A stretch of 63,093 nucleotides of DNA, filler included, from Octopus bimaculoides (Eukaryota), in assembly GCF_001194135.2 (NCBI RefSeq). It is 5 parts of 5 records of this genome, joined end to end, with 100 filler letters (N's around TTAATTAATTAA, not from the genome) between each part and the next. Parts side by side here need not be neighbours in the genome. Positions count along the whole stretch, not along the records: positions 57,163 to 61,253 come from NC_068987.1; positions 61,354 to 63,093 come from NW_026344022.1; 3 more parts are not named here. One strand, given 5' to 3'. Position numbers and translations under genes: made by a program. Positions within the stretch are counted from its first letter, which is position 1; each line of letters starts with the position of its first letter. The notes below the pieces were generated by a model. The model made no database searches. It saw only the letters and a program-made list of their open reading frames with translations, and was not told the origin of the DNA. This document shows positions 59,751 to 63,093 of the stretch, piece by piece.

Positions 59751-61297
59751 AAAGAAGGACACACNNNNNNNNNNNNNNNNNNNNNNNNNNNNNNNNNNNN
59801 NNNNNNNNNNNNNNNNNNNNNNNNNNNNNNNNNNNNNNNNNNNNNNNNNNNNNNNNNNNNNNNNNNNNNNNNNNNNNNNNNNNNNNNNNNNNNNNNNNNN
59901 NNNNNNNNNNNNNNNNNNNNNNNNNNNNNNNNNNNNNNNNNNNNNNNNNNNNNNNNNNNNNNNNNNNNNNNNNNNNNNNNNNNNNNNNNNNNNNNNNNNN
60001 NNNNNNNNNNNNNNNNNNNNNNNNNNNNNNNNNNNNNNNNNNNNNNNNNNNNNNNNNNNNNNNNNNNNNNNNNNNNNNNNNNNNNNNNNNNNNNNNNNNN
60101 NNNNNNNNNNNNNNNNNNNNNNNNNNNNNNNNNNNNNNNNNNNNNNNNNNNNNNNNNNNNNNNNNNNNNNNNNNNNNNNNNNNNNNNNNNNNNNNNNNNN
60201 NNNNNNNNNNNNNNNNNNNNNNNNNNNNNNNNNNNNNNNNNNNNNNNNNNNNNNNNNNNNNNNNNNNNNNNNNNNNNNNNNNNNNNNNNNNNNNNNNNNN
60301 NNNNNNNNNNNNNNNNNNNNNNNNNNNNNNNNNNNNNNNNNNNNNNNNNNNNNNNNNNNNNNNNNNNNNNNNNNNNNNNNNNNNNNNNNNNNNNNNNNNN
60401 NNNNNNNNNNNNNNNNNTATATATATATATATATATATATGTAAATATATATATATATACATACTTATGTATATATATATATATCATATATGCACACACA
60501 CACACATATACACACATATATGTATATGCAAATGTATGTATATACATGTGTGTGTATATATATATATTTACATATATATGTGTGTGTATGTGTGTTGCAT
60601 GTGCAAATGTATGTATTATTTACATACATACGTACGTACGTACATACACACATGCATATATATGTATATAAAGAATTATAAGTCTTCATCATGTACACAC
60701 ACACACACACAAACACACGTACATGCACACACATATACTATAGCAAAGAAACACAGAGACAAACGCATAGGCAAACTGTCACAATCGCACATTCAAAGAT
60801 TTTCACACATTCACACATACGCATATATTCTACATCTTCGGAGTAGATCGCTAGCGACTACACATTCTTTCTTTTCTCTTCTTGTTTCTTTCTGTGTTCG
60901 TTTCTGTGGAAGAGCGTAGGCTTGAAACGCTGAAGATTTTTTCAATTCCTGATCGTTAAACAAATACATCTATTTGTTGTCTACACCACCTGTCGTCGTA
61001 ATTTCTTTTTGTTTTGTGAATTCTCCCTATATATATATATATATATATATATAAACAATATATATATATAAACAATATATGAGTATATGCATATATATGT
61101 ACATGTATGTATATACGTTCATCCACATGTACATATAGATACATAACTGGGTACATGACGTGGCAAAAGAACAAGGACAAAAATGGTAAACAAGGTGCAA
61201 CAAACAAGCAGGCCACATAGAAACATCCCCTTCATCAGCTGCCACCATTAAAANNNNNNNNNNNNNNNNNNNNNNNNNNNNNNNNNNNNNNNNNNNN

Positions 61298-61309
61298 TTA
61301 ATTAATTAA
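61298..61309. other. Artificial scaffold linker TTAATTAATTAA
   Basis: N44-linker-N44. Confidence 0.95.
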
Positions 61310-61353
61310 NNNNNNNNNNNNNNNNNNNNNNNNNNNNNNNNNNNNNNNNNNNN

Positions 61354-61640
61354 TCCACCACCGTCCCTCAACAGGGAATGCAAGGCAGTGTTCATCATAC
61401 TGGGGGCCATGGTGAAAGAAAGTGTGTGGTGGACCCAAGCGAAAGGATTAGAGACGAAAACTTACCTCTCTGGCCAATCGCTCATCAACTTTTTCAAGTA
61501 TCACTTGAAAAGGAAGGTGAGAATAAAGAGACAGCTTTCGTCTCGTGAAAGTTTCATTAAAAGGTGGGTGAATGTAGCAAAGATGTTGCGTGCGAGTGAC
61601 AATACCTCTTTGAGCATGATCCTATAAGTCGAAAAAAAAA
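61354..61640 (+). mobile_element. L1/Tx1-clade LINE C-terminal fragment
   Basis: ..LSGQSLINFFKYHLKRKVRIK..RWVNVAKM..LSMIL* followed by an A-run; paralog of 10720-10986. Confidence 0.8.
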
Positions 61641-63062
61641 ATTTTAAAAAACAAAAGNNNNNNNNNNNNNNNNNNNNNNNNNNNNNNNNNNNNNNNNNNN
61701 NNNNNNNNNNNNNNNNNNNNNNNNNNNNNNNNNNNNNNNNNNNNNNNNNNNNNNNNNNNNNNNNNNNNNNNNNNNNNNNNNNNNNNNNNNNNNNNNNNNN
61801 NNNNNNNNNNNNNNNNNNNNNNNNNNNNNNNNNNNNNNNNNNNNNNNNNNNNNNNNNNNNNNNNNNNNNNNNNNNNNNNNNNNNNNNNNNNNNNNNNNNN
61901 NNNNNNNNNNNNNNNNNNNNNNNNNNNNNNNNNNNNNNNNNNNNNNNNNNNNNNNNNNNNNNNNNNNNNNNNNNNNNNNNNNNNNNNNNNNNNNNNNNNN
62001 NNNNNNNNNNNNNNNNNNNNNNNNNNNNNNNNNNNNNNNNNNNNNNNNNNNNNNNNNNNNNNNNNNNNNNNNNNNNNNNNNNNNNNNNNNNNNNNNNNNN
62101 NNNNNNNNNNNNNNNNNNNNNNNNNNNNNNNNNNNNNNNNNNNNNNNNNNNNNNNNNNNNNNNNNNNNNNNNNNNNNNNNNNNNNNNNNNNNNNNNNNNN
62201 NNNNNNNNNNNNNNNNNNNNNNNNNNNNNNNNNNNNNNNNNNNNNNNNNNNNNNNNNNTATATATATAAATGAAAGTGAAGGCGACGGAGGCAGATGGAA
62301 AAATAAGCGTGTGTGTTTGTGCATGTGTGTTCTGCGTGCGTGTTTATATGCGGCTATAATTGTATGGACGTGTACGTGTGTAGATATATTGTTACAAATT
62401 ATTGCTTCAATAACATATATCCGATGTTTTCAAAAGAAGGAAGAAACAACAGTACGATTTCAAGAAAAAGGAATAAATATATTTCATGATATATCTGATG
62501 TAAAATTAAAAATTTATGACTAATAAATCTGTTTGGCGGCTATTTCATATGATCCAAGCTGGAAATAACAACTTTAAATTCATAGAGTTGACGCGCTTCA
62601 ATTGATTGCAGATGTCACTAGGGCTACAGTAAAATATGTTTGATTTATTTAAATCTATCAAGAAAGATGGCACCTATAGGAAAGAATAGTTTCTGTTGAT
62701 TTGTTATGCTATACAAATATGTAGTTGTATATTTTCCCTTTCATACACACTAAATATACGAGTGGACATTTGCCAGATTTCTCCGACAATAACTATAACA
62801 ATTTCTTAGTATAAGAAGCTATAAGGAGAGAAATATGTGACCAGTTACTGCAACAAAGGAATATTCGCGAATACTTTCCTGGAAGTTTGCCAAAAATATT
62901 CAACTAGCAAAAGGCAACGTTCATTTGCCAGACTATTGTACTAAATTTCTTCTACAGATTTAAAATGTTCTCCTCATTTCCCCCATTGACCTTCAAATCT
63001 CTTTCTTAACTTTCCCTGTATCCCAATCTGCTTATCTATCTACCTACCTATTTATCTATCTG

Positions 63063-63093
<31 letters not shown>

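Noticed and set aside
1182-62324. Long ORFs made mostly of X (e.g. 30026-31189, 42996-43901, 59636-60919)
   Set aside because: They are open only because N runs contain no stop codons.

Overview
This is a draft-quality eukaryotic window: AT-rich, microsatellite-dense, with roughly 8 kb of N and four artificial 100-bp N44-TTAATTAATTAA-N44 scaffold joins. The KRAB-less tandem C2H2 gene, the SINE families and the microsatellite load suggest an octopus/cephalopod genome (inference). Only two host genes are well supported: a single-coding-exon C2H2 zinc-finger gene with 14 fingers (3803-5041, +) and an intact tRNA-Ala(CGC) (35840-35911), which has a degenerate copy about 0.6 kb downstream. The rest is mostly transposon debris: four tRNA-derived SINE families (called A, B, C and E here), CR1-, RTE-, L1/Tx1- and R4/NeSL-type LINE fragments, a Penelope-like GIY-YIG fragment, a decayed DD34E Tc1 element split by a SINE, mariner remnants and MITE ends. 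Nearly all ORFs in the supplied track are microsatellite or N artefacts. I cannot demonstrate a new biological system from sequence alone. The best leads are: (1) a Penelope 3' end carrying a Pol III tRNA-like cassette fused to a hammerhead-like remnant; (2) two hammerhead-like cores back-to-back on opposite strands at 14.6 kb; (3) several REL-endonuclease retroelement lineages stacked in (TAA)n arrays; (4) a fold-back mariner; (5) a mini inverted-repeat element with a telomere-like core.
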